Part shown: piece by piece, positions 9,443-23,042 of the stretch
How the letters are laid out: the number at the start of each line of letters is the position of its first letter
Numbering within the stretch: position 1 is the first letter of the stretch
NCBI GenBank assembly: GCA_036001065.1
Contig: DASYUQ010000033.1
Coordinates: 37,283 to 101,282, forward strand
Direction: 5' to 3'
DNA: 64,000 nt
Source: Candidatus Methylomirabilota bacterium
GTDB taxonomy: Bacteria > Methylomirabilota > Methylomirabilia > Rokubacteriales > CSP1-6
Notes under the pieces: model-generated
Told to the model about the DNA's origin: nothing
Databases searched by the model: none
Seen by the model: only the letters and a program-made list of their open reading frames with translations
Program-made: the position numbers and the translations under genes

Positions 9443-10491
9443 CGCTCGACGATCCGGCGGCCATTGCGCGGGGCGACGCCCACCGGACGCGGGAGGTGCT
9501 GGCGGCCTTCCCGGCCCAGTGTCGCGCGGCGGTCGGGTTGCGGCCGGAGCCGGGCGGCGCGTTCGTCCGGCCTCGCACGGTGATCGTCGCCGGCATGGGG
9601 GGCTCCGCCGCGGGCGGCGATATGCTCGCCGCCTGCGCCGCCGAGCGCCTCGACGTACCGGTCCTGGTCCACCGGGGCTACGGCCTTCCGGCGCTCGCCG
9701 GCAAGCGCGATCTCGTCGTCGTGGTGTCGTACTCCGGGGACACGGCCGAGACGGTATCGGCGGCGGAAGCGGCGCTCGATCGCGGCTGCGCGCTTGTCGC
9801 CGTCACCGCGGGCGGCCGCCTGGCCGCGCTGGCGGCGCGGCGGAACCTGCCGCGCGTGGCCCTGCCCACCGGGCTGATGCCGCGGATGGCCCTGGGCTAT
9901 CTCTTCTTCCCGTTGCTCGCGATCCTGAAATCGGCCGACCTGACGGTCGTGGAGGACAGCGAAGTGGACGAGGCCCTCGGCGCCCTGGACGCGCAGGCGG
10001 GGGCGCTCCGGCCCGAATGCCCGGCTGCCGACAACGAGGCCAAACGCCTGGCGCTCGCCCTGGGCGGCCGGCTACCGGTGATCTACGGCGGGCCGGTCAC
10101 CGGCACCGTCGCCTACCGGTGGAAGACCGACCTCGCGGAGAACGCCAAGACGTTTGCCGCGTCCGGCACGCTGCCCGAGATGAACCACAACGAGATCGAG
10201 GCGTGGGGCGGCCCCTTCGCGCGCCAGATGCACCTGGTCCTCCTGCGCGACCACGAGGAGACGCCCGAGATCGCCCGCCGCTTCGCGCTCCTGCGCGAGC
10301 TCATCGGTGCGGCCGCCGGGGGGATCAGCGAAGTGTGGGCGCGGGGCACGGGGGCCGTGGCGCGGCTGCTGTCGCTGATCACGCTCGGCCAGTGGACGAG
10401 CTTCTACCTGGCCATCCTCCGCGGCGTCGATCCCTGGCCGGTACCGACGCTCGACGCGCTCAAGGCCCGCTTGCGCGGCGGCGCGCCCTGA
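9439..10491 (+). CDS. Bifunctional phosphoglucose/phosphomannose isomerase (archaeal-type PGI/PMI, double SIS)
   Basis: VIVAGMGGSAAGGDM and VVVVSYSGDTAE SIS motifs. The GTG at 9439 overlaps the GH57 stop (GTGA). An alternative start is the ATG at 9403. Confidence 0.7.
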   Translation: MTLDDPAAIARGDAHRTREVLAAFPAQCRAAVGLRPEPGGAFVRPRTVIVAGMGGSAAGGDMLAACAAERLDVPVLVHRGYGLPALAGKRDLVVVVSYSGDTAETVSAAEAALDRGCALVAVTAGGRLAALAARRNLPRVALPTGLMPRMALGYLFFPLLAILKSADLTVVEDSEVDEALGALDAQAGALRPECPAADNEAKRLALALGGRLPVIYGGPVTGTVAYRWKTDLAENAKTFAASGTLPEMNHNEIEAWGGPFARQMHLVLLRDHEETPEIARRFALLRELIGAAAGGISEVWARGTGAVARLLSLITLGQWTSFYLAILRGVDPWPVPTLDALKARLRGGAP

Positions 10492-10568
10492 GGGACGCGC
10501 GCGCCTGAAAATGACTCGAAAGTCCGGCGGCTGCGTGCTACACTGACCCGAATTTTTCTGCAGGAGGG

Positions 10569-11729
10569 ATGACGAACATGGCGCGGGACGAGTACCTGTT
10601 CACGTCGGAATCGGTCACGGAAGGTCATCCCGACAAGATCGCCGATCAGATCTCCGACGCGGTCCTCGATGCGATCATCGCGCAGGATCCGATAGGACGG
10701 GTGGCCTGCGAATCACTCCTCACCACCGGCCTGGTGGTGGTGGCAGGCGAGATCACCACCGCGTGCTACGTCGACATCCCGCGTATCGCCCGCGAGACGA
10801 TCCGGCAGGTCGGCTACACCCGCGCCAAGTACGGCTTCGATTCCGACACGTGCGCCGTGATCACGGCCATCGACGAGCAGTCCTCCGACATCGCCATGGG
10901 CGTGGACAGCCTGGGCGCGGGCGATCAGGGGCTGATGTTCGGCTTCGCCTGCACGGAGACGCCCGAGTTCATGCCGCTGCCCATCACGCTGGCCCACAAG
11001 CTGGTGATGAGGCTGGCCCAGTTGAGGAAGTCCGGCGCCATCGACTGGCTGCGACCGGACGGCAAGTCCCAGGTCACCGTGCGCTACGTGGACGGCAAGC
11101 CGCGCGCGGTGGAGACGGTCGTCGTCTCGACCCAGCACGGTCCCGACGTGTCGAGCGAGCGGATCCGCGAGGACGTCATCGAGCAGTGCATCGTGCCGAC
11201 GATCCCCGCCGAGCTGCTGGACCGCAAGCAATGCGTCTTCCACGTCAACCCGACCGGACGGTTCGTGACCGGCGGCCCGATGGGAGACACCGGCCTCACC
11301 GGACGCAAGATCATCGTCGACACCTACGGCGGCTCCTGCCCGCACGGAGGCGGGGCCTTCTCCGGCAAGGATCCCACGAAGGTCGATCGCTCGGCCTGCT
11401 ACATGGCCCGCCATGTGGCCAAGAACATCGTGGCCGCCGGCCTGGCCGAGCGGGCGCTGGTGCAGGTGGCCTACGCCATCGGTGTGGCCGATCCGGTCTC
11501 GATCATGGTGGACACCTTTGGCACCGGGAAGGTGCCGAACGCGAGGCTGCAGGAGATGATCCGGCGCCACTTCGACTTCACGCCCGCCGGAATCATCAAG
11601 TACCTGAACCTGCGGCGCCCCATTTACAAAAAGACGGCGGCGTACGGGCACTTTGGCCGGTCCGAGCCGGAATTCACCTGGGAGCGGACAGATCGGGTGA
11701 AGGACCTGCGCGACGACGTCCGCGTCTAA
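10569..11729 (+). CDS. metK: S-adenosylmethionine synthetase
   Basis: [39 protein letters not shown] and [16 protein letters not shown] motifs. Confidence 0.95.
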   Translation: MTNMARDEYLFTSESVTEGHPDKIADQISDAVLDAIIAQDPIGRVACESLLTTGLVVVAGEITTACYVDIPRIARETIRQVGYTRAKYGFDSDTCAVITAIDEQSSDIAMGVDSLGAGDQGLMFGFACTETPEFMPLPITLAHKLVMRLAQLRKSGAIDWLRPDGKSQVTVRYVDGKPRAVETVVVSTQHGPDVSSERIREDVIEQCIVPTIPAELLDRKQCVFHVNPTGRFVTGGPMGDTGLTGRKIIVDTYGGSCPHGGGAFSGKDPTKVDRSACYMARHVAKNIVAAGLAERALVQVAYAIGVADPVSIMVDTFGTGKVPNARLQEMIRRHFDFTPAGIIKYLNLRRPIYKKTAAYGHFGRSEPEFTWERTDRVKDLRDDVRV

Positions 11730-11848
11730 TCGGATGGGGCGGACGTCACGGCCTCGCGGCCCCGTCCGGATCCATAGTCGGAGGAGGCCTCACGGACCCC
11801 TCCAAGCCACCCCAAAGGATGATTGCGCCGGCTTCGCCGGCGCTCGAG
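11728..11848 (-). repeat. REP-like repeat, copy C (inverted orientation)
   Basis: The reverse complement reads CGAGCGCCGGCGAAGCCGGCGCAATC..CCTTTGGGG..GGAGGGGTCCGTGAGGCCTCCTCCGAC..GGACGGGGCCGCGAGGCC...CGCCCCATCCGATTAG. It starts at the metK stop codon. Confidence 0.7.
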
Positions 11849-11884
11849 GCCGTTGATTCGAACCCGGCCGTGATCTTCGCTTGA

Positions 11885-13174
<1,290 letters not shown>

Positions 13175-13191
13175 CGGCTGGCCGCCCAGCG

Positions 13192-15906
13192 ATGAGACGA
13201 TCCCAAACAGCTGTCCTGCTCGTCCTGGTCCTCCTGGTCCTGGGCCTCGTCGGGCAGATCGTCCCCCTCTACACGGATTGGCTCTGGTTCCAGGAGGTCG
13301 GCTACGTCCAGGTCTTCCTGACGACCCTTTGGTACCGAGGCACGCTCTTCACCGCCGTCGCCCTCGGCGTCCTCGTGTTCCTTTACGCGAACCTGACCTT
13401 CGCCGCCCGCACGGCGCGTCCCGACGTGCTCTGGGAGCTGGAGGACCAGCTCGGCCTGCCCGGCCGAGTGGTGATCGAGCCGCTCCTCCGCCGGTTCCTG
13501 CCCATCGTGCTCGCGTTCATCTCGTTCACCTCGGGCCTGCGGGCCAGCGCCCACTGGGAAACCGTCCTCGGCTACCTCAACGCGGTGCCGTTCAACACCA
13601 CCGACCCGCTCTTCGGCCGGGACCTGGCGTTCTTCGTCTTCACGCTGCCGTTCTGGCGCCTGCTGAGCGGCTGGGCCACCGCGCTCGTCGTGGGCACGCT
13701 CCTGCTCACGGTCCTGGTCTACGTGCTCCAGCGAAGCCTGGTGCTGACGGCGCGCGGCCCGCGGCTGGCGGCCGGCGCCCGGGCGCATCTGCTGGTGCTG
13801 GGGGCGCTGCTGCTGGCGCTCGCCGGCGTCGGGTTCTGGCTGGACCGGTTCGAGCTGGTCTACTCCCCACGCAGCGTCATCTACGGGGCCGCCTACACCG
13901 ACGTCCACGCCTCGCTGCCCGTGCTCCAGGCGCTGGCGGTGCTGGCGGTCCTCTGCGCCCTGGCCTGCCTGCTGCAGCTCACGCGCACAGGCCTCAGGGT
14001 CGTCGGGGCCGGCGTGCTCGTGCTGGTCGCCGTCTGGGTGGTGGGCCTGGGCATCTATCCCGCGCTCCTGCAGCGCTTTCGGGTCGCCCCCAACGAGCTG
14101 GTCGCCGAGCGGCCGTTCATCGTCCACAACATCCGGATGACCCGCCAGGCCTACGGGCTCGATCGCATCGAGGAGCACGAGTTCCCGGCCGACGAGACGC
14201 TGGATGCCCGGGCGCTCGAGCGCAACGTGCTGACGATCAAGAACATCCGGCTCTGGGACCACCGGCCGCTCCTCCGGACGTTCGCGCAGCTCCAGGAGAT
14301 CCGCACCTACTACAAGTTCGTGGACGTCGACAACGACCGCTACACGCTGAACGGCGAGTACCGGCAGCTCATGCTGTCGCCGCGCGAACTGTCCTACCCC
14401 CACCTGCAGGGGGCGCGGAGCTGGATCAACGAGCACCTGACGTTCACCCACGGCTACGGCGTGATCGTGGGGCCGGTGAACCGGATCACGTCCGAGGGGC
14501 TCCCGGAGCTCCTGGTCAAGGACATTCCTCCCAAGAGCGACGGCTTCGCCAAGATCACGCGACCCGAGATCTACTTCGGCGAGATCTCCAACGACTACGT
14601 GCTGCTGCGCACCCGCTCCCAGGAGCTCGATTACCCGGCCGGCGACCAGAACGTGTACACGACCTACCGGGGAACGGGTGGAATCCCGCTCTCGTCGTTC
14701 CTGCGCAAGGCCCTCTTCGCCGCGCGCTTCGGCGAGATCAAGATGCTGCTCTCCCACGACCTGACGGCGGAGAGCCGGGTCCTGATGCACCGGGCGGTCG
14801 CCGAGCGGGTGCGGCTCATCGCGCCGTTCTTCCGCTTCGATCGGGACCCGTACATCGTCGTCACCGACGACGGACGCCTGGTGTGGATGCTCGACGGCTA
14901 CACCACTACCGACCGCTACCCGTACTCGGAGCCGGTCCGCAACGTCGGCAACTACATCCGCAACTCGGTCAAGGTCACGGTGGACGCCTACCACGGCGCC
15001 GTCGGGTTCTACCTGGCCGACTCGACCGACCCCATCGTGCGCGCCTACGCCCGCGCCTTCCCCGGTCTCCTCCGCCCGCTGGAGGAGCTGCCCGCCGACC
15101 TGCGCCGGCATCTCCGCTACCCGGAGGACTTCTTCGCCATCCAGGCGCGGAAGTACGCCGTCTATCACATGCTGGAGCCCCAGGTCTTCTACAACAAGGA
15201 GGACCTCTGGGCCGTCCCGCGGCGGACCGTCGACGGCCGCGACCGCGAGATGGAGCCCTACTACACGATCATGCGGCTGCCCGGCGAGAAGCGGGAAGAG
15301 TTCATTTTACTGACGCTCTTCAACCCCTCCCGCCGGGACAACATGATCGCGTGGCTGGCCGGTCGCTCGGATCCGCCGAACTACGGGCGCCTCGTCGTCT
15401 ACAACTTCCCCAAGCAGAAGCTCGTCTATGGGCCCCGCCAAGTCGACGCGCGCATCGACCAGGACCCCGTCATCTCCCAGCAGCTGTCGCTCTGGAACCA
15501 GCGCGGCTCGACCGTGATCCGCGGCTCGCTGCTGGCCATCCCGATCGACCAGTCGCTGATCTACGTCCAGCCGCTCTACCTGGCGGCGTCCGAGCAGGGT
15601 GCGCTCCCCGAGCTCCGCCGCGTGATCGTCGCCTACGGCAATCAGATCGCGATGGAGCCGACGCTGGAGCAATCGCTGGCCCGCGTCTTCGGCGGGCGGC
15701 TCGCCAGCCCCGCGGCCGCTGTCCCGGCGCTCGGTCCCGGTGGGCAGCGTGAGCCGGCGCCTCCGCTCCGCGCCCTGGGCCACCGCGCCTGGGAGATCTG
15801 GCAGCGGGCGCAGGACGCGCTGCGACGGGGAGACTGGACCCAGTACGGCGCGGAGCAGAAGCGTCTGGAAGAGACGCTGCGCGCCCTCACCGAAGCCAAC
15901 CGCTAG
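13192..15906 (+). CDS. UPF0182 family large membrane protein (about 900 aa, N-terminal multi-TM region)
   Basis: MRRSQTAVLLVLVLLVLGLVGQIVPLYTDWLWFQEVGY... resembles the actinobacterial UPF0182 family. The ORF-track entry 12568..15906 is longer because its frame runs open through the ahcY 3' end. Confidence 0.7.
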   Translation: MRRSQTAVLLVLVLLVLGLVGQIVPLYTDWLWFQEVGYVQVFLTTLWYRGTLFTAVALGVLVFLYANLTFAARTARPDVLWELEDQLGLPGRVVIEPLLRRFLPIVLAFISFTSGLRASAHWETVLGYLNAVPFNTTDPLFGRDLAFFVFTLPFWRLLSGWATALVVGTLLLTVLVYVLQRSLVLTARGPRLAAGARAHLLVLGALLLALAGVGFWLDRFELVYSPRSVIYGAAYTDVHASLPVLQALAVLAVLCALACLLQLTRTGLRVVGAGVLVLVAVWVVGLGIYPALLQRFRVAPNELVAERPFIVHNIRMTRQAYGLDRIEEHEFPADETLDARALERNVLTIKNIRLWDHRPLLRTFAQLQEIRTYYKFVDVDNDRYTLNGEYRQLMLSPRELSYPHLQGARSWINEHLTFTHGYGVIVGPVNRITSEGLPELLVKDIPPKSDGFAKITRPEIYFGEISNDYVLLRTRSQELDYPAGDQNVYTTYRGTGGIPLSSFLRKALFAARFGEIKMLLSHDLTAESRVLMHRAVAERVRLIAPFFRFDRDPYIVVTDDGRLVWMLDGYTTTDRYPYSEPVRNVGNYIRNSVKVTVDAYHGAVGFYLADSTDPIVRAYARAFPGLLRPLEELPADLRRHLRYPEDFFAIQARKYAVYHMLEPQVFYNKEDLWAVPRRTVDGRDREMEPYYTIMRLPGEKREEFILLTLFNPSRRDNMIAWLAGRSDPPNYGRLVVYNFPKQKLVYGPRQVDARIDQDPVISQQLSLWNQRGSTVIRGSLLAIPIDQSLIYVQPLYLAASEQGALPELRRVIVAYGNQIAMEPTLEQSLARVFGGRLASPAAAVPALGPGGQREPAPPLRALGHRAWEIWQRAQDALRRGDWTQYGAEQKRLEETLRALTEANR

Positions 15907-15985
15907 ATTAGTCGGAGGGGGCGGACGTTACGGCCCCCTCCGAGGCCTCCCCCAGGAAGGGATTGCGCCGGCGGAGCCGGCTCTC
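15904..15985 (-). repeat. REP-like repeat, copy D (short, inverted orientation)
   Basis: The reverse complement reads GCCGGCTCCGCCGGCGCAATCCCTTCCTGGGGGAGGCCTCGGAGGGGGCCGTAACGTCCGCCCCCTCCGACTAATCTAG. It begins at the stop of the UPF0182 gene. Confidence 0.7.
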
Positions 15986-16036
15986 AAAAGCCCGCGTCGC
16001 GCGCACCACCCTTCTCGATGCTGAATCCGGAGACCG

Positions 16037-16126
16037 CTAGTGCCGTTCCAACTATTCGCGCCTAGGAAGGCACCGTGTACGTCGTTCGTGGACAGATTTA
16101 GTATCAACAAGTTGGAACGGTACTAG
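16037..16126. repeat. 90-bp MITE/ERIC-like element with 16-bp terminal inverted repeats (copy E1)
   Basis: CTAGTGCCGTTCCAAC...GTTGGAACGGTACTAG. The right TIR supplies the TAG stop of lptFG (minus strand). It lies 33 bp after REP copy D. Confidence 0.7.
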
Positions 16127-18555
16127 GTGCGGGCGCGGAGGAAGAGGGAGGCGCCGAGTCCGAGGAAGATAACGTTGGCCGTCCAGGCCGCGAGCAGGGG
16201 CGGCAGCAGATCGGCGCGCGCGAAGGCCCGGGCGGAGTAGTCGACCACCATGTAGGCCGCCATGATGGCGATCGCCAGGGCGATGGCGTAGACGCGTCCG
16301 CCGCGCGGCGACTGGAGCGCGAAGGGAATGGCGACCAGCACCATGATCAGGTTCTTCAGCGGATCGGACAGCTTGGAGTACAGGTCCACCAGGTACTTCT
16401 TGACCTGAAACCCGGCTGACTCCAGCCGGGCAACGTACTCGCGCAGCTCCCGGTAGCTCATCGCCGACGGGGGCTTCTGGATCTCGGTGAAGTCCGTAAT
16501 GCTCTCCTCCAGCCCGAGCGCGGTCCGGGCGAACGGGATCGTGGTGACCCGGCCGTGCCCGTCGATCTCGCGGATCGCGCCGTTCCTGAACTCCCAGCCG
16601 GTGGGCGTCCAGTGGGCCTGGCGCGCGTCGAGCCGGCTGACAAGACGGAAGTCGGCGTCGATCTCGAGCACCGTCACCCCGTAGAGGTCCTGCGTCGCCG
16701 GGTTCAGCAGTTCCACCCGGTAGAACCGGGTGTCCGAGCTGCGGAGCCAGAGGCGCGTGCGCGACTGCAAGTGGCGGGGGAGCTGGCCCCTGATCTTGAC
16801 GCGATCCACCTCCTCGCCCCGCTCGTTGAGGATGGGGAGCAGGAACTCCTGAAAGAGGCCCGCTGCCACGGCGGCGACGAGCCCGCACAGCAGCACCGGC
16901 GCGCTGGCCCGGTACAGGCTGACGCCGGCGGCCTTCAGCGCCGTCAGCTCGTGCCACCGGGTGAGGGTCAGGAAGAGGAAGATCGTCGCCACCAGCATGA
17001 CGATGGGCAGCCCCTGATGGAGCGCTACCGGCAGCGCGAAGGCAAAGTGCTGGACGATGTAGGTGAACGGCGGCTTCACCCGCAGGTAGCGGTCGAGAGT
17101 CTGCAGCAGATCGACCACCACGAAGAGGGCGCCGGCCACCGCCAGGCCGATGCCGACGAAGGCCAGCAACCGCCGGAGCAGGTAGCGGTCGACGATGTAG
17201 GTCGTCTCGCGCCCGGTCCCGCTGAAGCGTTCCACGCGCCGCCCGCGCCGCCGCGGCAGGTGCTGCCAGGCGAAATCGAAGGCGCGCCAGAGGGCCCTCA
17301 GGCGCGGTGCCCGCCACTCCCGGGCGGTGGCTGTCAGCAGTGCGGCGCCCAGGATCGAGAAGAGGACGTTCGGCGTCCAGATCGCTGCCGCGATGGGCAG
17401 CCGTTCCCGAAGCGCCAGGCCCTCCAGCGTGGTCAGAATCAGATAATAGGTGACCAGGATGGCGAGCGTGCCGACCAGCGCCACGCTCCGCCCTCCCCGA
17501 TGGGACCGCACCGCCAGCGGAAAGCCCAGCACCGAGAAGACCAGCGCCGCCACCGGAAATGCGAAGCGCTTCTGGAACTCGACCTCGTACGGCCGCCGGG
17601 TGTAGGCGTCGTCTGGCAGCGCCTCGATCTTCTGACGCAGCTGGCGGAGCCCCAGATCCTTCTCCGGCTTGTCGAGCCGCACGGCTGCCTTGAGCGGCGA
17701 CTCCAGGGCCAGCGTCATGTCGTAGATGGAAAACGCCGTGTACCGGTAGCGGCGGGAGTCGGCGGCGCCGCCGGGTGGCGGCCCCTCCGTCACGATCTCC
17801 CTGGGCGGATCGACCGGATCCACGTCGGCCTCGTTGAGGCCGCCGTCGAGCAGGCGCAGGGTGATCCGGCGGCTGACCTCGTCGGTGAGCAGACGCCCCT
17901 CCCGAGCGGTGATGATGCGGGTGAGCTTCGGGTCCCGCTCGTCCGAGACGATCACGCCGCGCAGCCCGACCTGGGAGGCGCTGATATCCTCCACGTAGAT
18001 CGTCAGGTCCGCGAAGCTCGTGTTGAAGATCCGTTCTTTGAGCCCGCTGACCGCCCGCGCCTGCAGAATCTTGAACAGTTGCCCCTGGAACTCGCGATTG
18101 GCCAGCGGGTTCAGGACCAGGGTCAGGGCGGCGGTGGTCAGGGTGACGATGAGGGCGGCCAGCAACGCCGGACGGAACAACCGCAGCAGGCTCACGCCGG
18201 CGGCCTTGAAGGCCACGATCTCCAGGTCTCCCGCCATGCGGCCCCCGGCCAGGAGCACGGCGACCAGCAGCGCCATCGGCAGCGTATGGGCCAGGAAGGA
18301 GGGGAGCATGAAGATGAGGAGCTGGATCACCAGATGGAACGGCACGCCCTTGGTGATCACCAGCTCGGTCAGGTGGTAGATGCGATCGATGATGAGGAAG
18401 AACGTGAAGAGGGCGACGCCGAGCGCGAAGGGCGCCAGCAGCTCGCGCAGGAAGTACCGGTCCAGGACCGCCAGCCGCGGCAGCCTCACCGCTCTGTTGT
18501 ACCATAGGCCCGTGAGACGGACCTTGCTGGTGTCGCTGGCGATTCTCGCGCACAT
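16123..18555 (-). CDS. lptFG: LPS export permease, LptF and LptG (YjgP/YjgQ) modules fused in one uninterrupted frame
   Basis: There are two consecutive YjgP/YjgQ-type permease units (LDRYFLRELLAPF... and TYIVDRYLLRRLLAFV...) with no stop codon between them. The start is uncertain: the ATG at 18555 is used here, and GTG alternatives lie at 18654 and 18489. Confidence 0.6.
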   Translation of the reverse strand: MCARIASDTSKVRLTGLWYNRAVRLPRLAVLDRYFLRELLAPFALGVALFTFFLIIDRIYHLTELVITKGVPFHLVIQLLIFMLPSFLAHTLPMALLVAVLLAGGRMAGDLEIVAFKAAGVSLLRLFRPALLAALIVTLTTAALTLVLNPLANREFQGQLFKILQARAVSGLKERIFNTSFADLTIYVEDISASQVGLRGVIVSDERDPKLTRIITAREGRLLTDEVSRRITLRLLDGGLNEADVDPVDPPREIVTEGPPPGGAADSRRYRYTAFSIYDMTLALESPLKAAVRLDKPEKDLGLRQLRQKIEALPDDAYTRRPYEVEFQKRFAFPVAALVFSVLGFPLAVRSHRGGRSVALVGTLAILVTYYLILTTLEGLALRERLPIAAAIWTPNVLFSILGAALLTATAREWRAPRLRALWRAFDFAWQHLPRRRGRRVERFSGTGRETTYIVDRYLLRRLLAFVGIGLAVAGALFVVVDLLQTLDRYLRVKPPFTYIVQHFAFALPVALHQGLPIVMLVATIFLFLTLTRWHELTALKAAGVSLYRASAPVLLCGLVAAVAAGLFQEFLLPILNERGEEVDRVKIRGQLPRHLQSRTRLWLRSSDTRFYRVELLNPATQDLYGVTVLEIDADFRLVSRLDARQAHWTPTGWEFRNGAIREIDGHGRVTTIPFARTALGLEESITDFTEIQKPPSAMSYRELREYVARLESAGFQVKKYLVDLYSKLSDPLKNLIMVLVAIPFALQSPRGGRVYAIALAIAIMAAYMVVDYSARAFARADLLPPLLAAWTANVIFLGLGASLFLRART

Positions 18556-19561
18556 CGTGCTGGTCGCCGCGCCGGGGCGGGCCACCGACGCCTCCGATCG
18601 GCTGGACCGCTTCCGGACGCTGGCGGCGACGCGGCTCACCCTCGCCGAGGTCACCGATCCCGCGCGCGCCGGCGAGGCCTACCGCGAGATCTTCGCGCTC
18701 CTGGACGACGAGGTCGTCGAAAACCTCGCCAGTGGCGACGTCTTCGCCTCGCCGGCGTTCCTTCAGGATCGTCTGGACGCGTTCGCGGAAGCGTGGGGCG
18801 GCGCCTCGCTCCGCATCGCACGCATCGGCCGCCTCACCGTCGGCGCTTTTCAGGTGAGCGAGGGCGCGGGAAGCAGCTCGGTGCGCGTGTACGGCGCCCC
18901 CCGCGGCGAGGCGCAGCTCATCGCCGCGATGCAGCGCGAGGGGCGTCCCGGTCTCTACGAGCTGCCCCCGGCGGCCGCCGGTCCGCAGTTCCTCGTCGTG
19001 TGGGAGGGCCTGCTCACCGGGCGGGGGACACGCGCGCTCCGGTTCGACCTCGTCCGCCAGCGCGGCGACGACATCGCCATCGTCTGGAGCACGGCCGAGC
19101 TCTTTCCCGATGGCCTCATGGCCCGCGAGTACCGCGTGCGCGGGGGCGAGGTCCGGATCCGCTACGAGCTGCACTACCCCGGCTGGATCCCCGGCTGCGA
19201 TCAACAAACGGAGCAGGAGGATGTCTATCGCCTGGCCTCCGACGCCGGCACCTTCGTCCGCGTGGCCCGCCGGCAATACAACGCCTGGCACCTCGCGCTG
19301 CACCGTTCGGTGGCCGGGCTGCTGGAGGCGCTGGCCGCCGGCAATCGCGCCGCGCTGACGACCCTGGTGCCCGACGCCCAGCTCCGTCAGAAGCTGCCCG
19401 CTCGGCTCGAGCGGGAGCTGGCCTGCGACGCGCCCGACGGGGCGAATCCCGCGGCGGTGTCGGTGGCCGCGTCGGCGGGCGATCTCGGGCCGTGGGCGTT
19501 GACGTTCCATCGGAGCGGCGGTCAGTGGCGACTCACCGCCGCCACTCCGGTGCTACAATGA
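18512..19561 (+). CDS. Hypothetical secreted protein (signal peptide, no recognised domain)
   Basis: The GTG start gives VRRTLLVSLAILAHIVLVAAPGRA followed by 330 aa. GC3-rich coding texture. It is divergent from lptFG. Confidence 0.5.
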   Translation: MRRTLLVSLAILAHIVLVAAPGRATDASDRLDRFRTLAATRLTLAEVTDPARAGEAYREIFALLDDEVVENLASGDVFASPAFLQDRLDAFAEAWGGASLRIARIGRLTVGAFQVSEGAGSSSVRVYGAPRGEAQLIAAMQREGRPGLYELPPAAAGPQFLVVWEGLLTGRGTRALRFDLVRQRGDDIAIVWSTAELFPDGLMAREYRVRGGEVRIRYELHYPGWIPGCDQQTEQEDVYRLASDAGTFVRVARRQYNAWHLALHRSVAGLLEALAAGNRAALTTLVPDAQLRQKLPARLERELACDAPDGANPAAVSVAASAGDLGPWALTFHRSGGQWRLTAATPVLQ

Positions 19562-19571
19562 CGGCTCCTTC

Positions 19572-22216
<2,645 letters not shown>

Positions 22217-22220
<4 letters not shown>

Positions 22221-22954
22221 AAGGGGCCCGTCCCCCGGCCGCGTCGGCGCCGGCGATCGTCAGGCTCGGCGCCGTGGAATCGACGCAGGCCGTGGCCTTC
22301 GAGCTGGCCGAGCGAGGCGCGGCCGATCGCACCGTCGTCCTCGCCGATCACCAGACCGCCGGGAGAGGACGACGCGGCCGGGCGTGGAACGACGAGCCGG
22401 GCACGGGCCTTCTCGTCTCGATCGTGCTCCGCCCGCGCCTGGCGCTGCCGCGCCTGCCGCTGCTGTCCTACGCCGCCGCGATCGCCGTGGCCGAGGCACT
22501 GGACGGGGTCGCCGCGCTCCGGCCCACGCTCAAGTGGCCGAACGACGTCCTCGTCCGCGACCGCAAGATCGCCGGTATCCTCCTGGAGTCGCGCATCGGC
22601 GCGGCGGCCGCGACCGTCGTGGTCGGCATCGGCGTGAACCTCACCCAGCGGCGCTTCCCGGCCGAGCTCGAGGGGCGGGCGACATCGATCGCGCTGGAGA
22701 CCGGCCGCACGGTGGAACGGGAGCCGGTCCTGGGCGCACTCCTCGGCGCGTTCGACCTCTGGCGGGGCCGTCTGGAGGCGGACGGCTTCGCGCCCGTGCG
22801 CGAGCGCTGGCTCGCGCTGAGCGAGACCATCGGACGGCGGATCAGCGTCGACGGCCGGGCGGGCCTGGCGGTCGATGTCGATCTGGAGGGCGCGCTCCTG
22901 CTCCAGGACGGCCCGGGCCTCCGGCGCGTGCTCGCCGGCCCCATCGAAGGCTAG
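22217..22954 (+). CDS. birA: Biotin--[acetyl-CoA-carboxylase] ligase (group I, no HTH domain)
   Basis: GRGRRGRAWN biotin-ligase motif. The GTG start overlaps the valS stop. Its stop codon TAG lies inside the CTAG end of repeat E2. Confidence 0.8.
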
Positions 22955-23040
22955 TGCCGTTCCACCGATTCGCGCCGAGGGAGGCACCGTGTACGTCGTT
23001 CCTGGCCAGATGTAGTACCACCACGTTGGAACGGCACTAG
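22951..23040. repeat. 90-bp MITE/ERIC-like TIR element (copy E2), about 85% identical to E1
   Basis: CTAGTGCCGTTCCACC...GTTGGAACGGCACTAG fills the whole birA-coaX gap. The left TIR supplies the birA stop TAG. Confidence 0.7.
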
Positions 23041-23042
23041 CC

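Noticed and set aside
15928-16110. 60-aa ORFs 15928..16110 (-) and 22842..23024 (-) sharing NDVHGA.LGAN.WNGTS
   Set aside because: Their similarity is due to the two copies of the 90-bp TIR element they overlap. No RBS, the same sequence on both strands, and part of each overlaps real genes.
22951-23040. E1/E2 elements as integron attC sites
   Set aside because: They are imperfect palindromes of attC-like size. The ends (GTTGGAAC / GTTCCAAC) do not fit the GTTRRRY / RYYYAAC cores well. There is no cassette array or intI nearby, and they sit between essential housekeeping genes.
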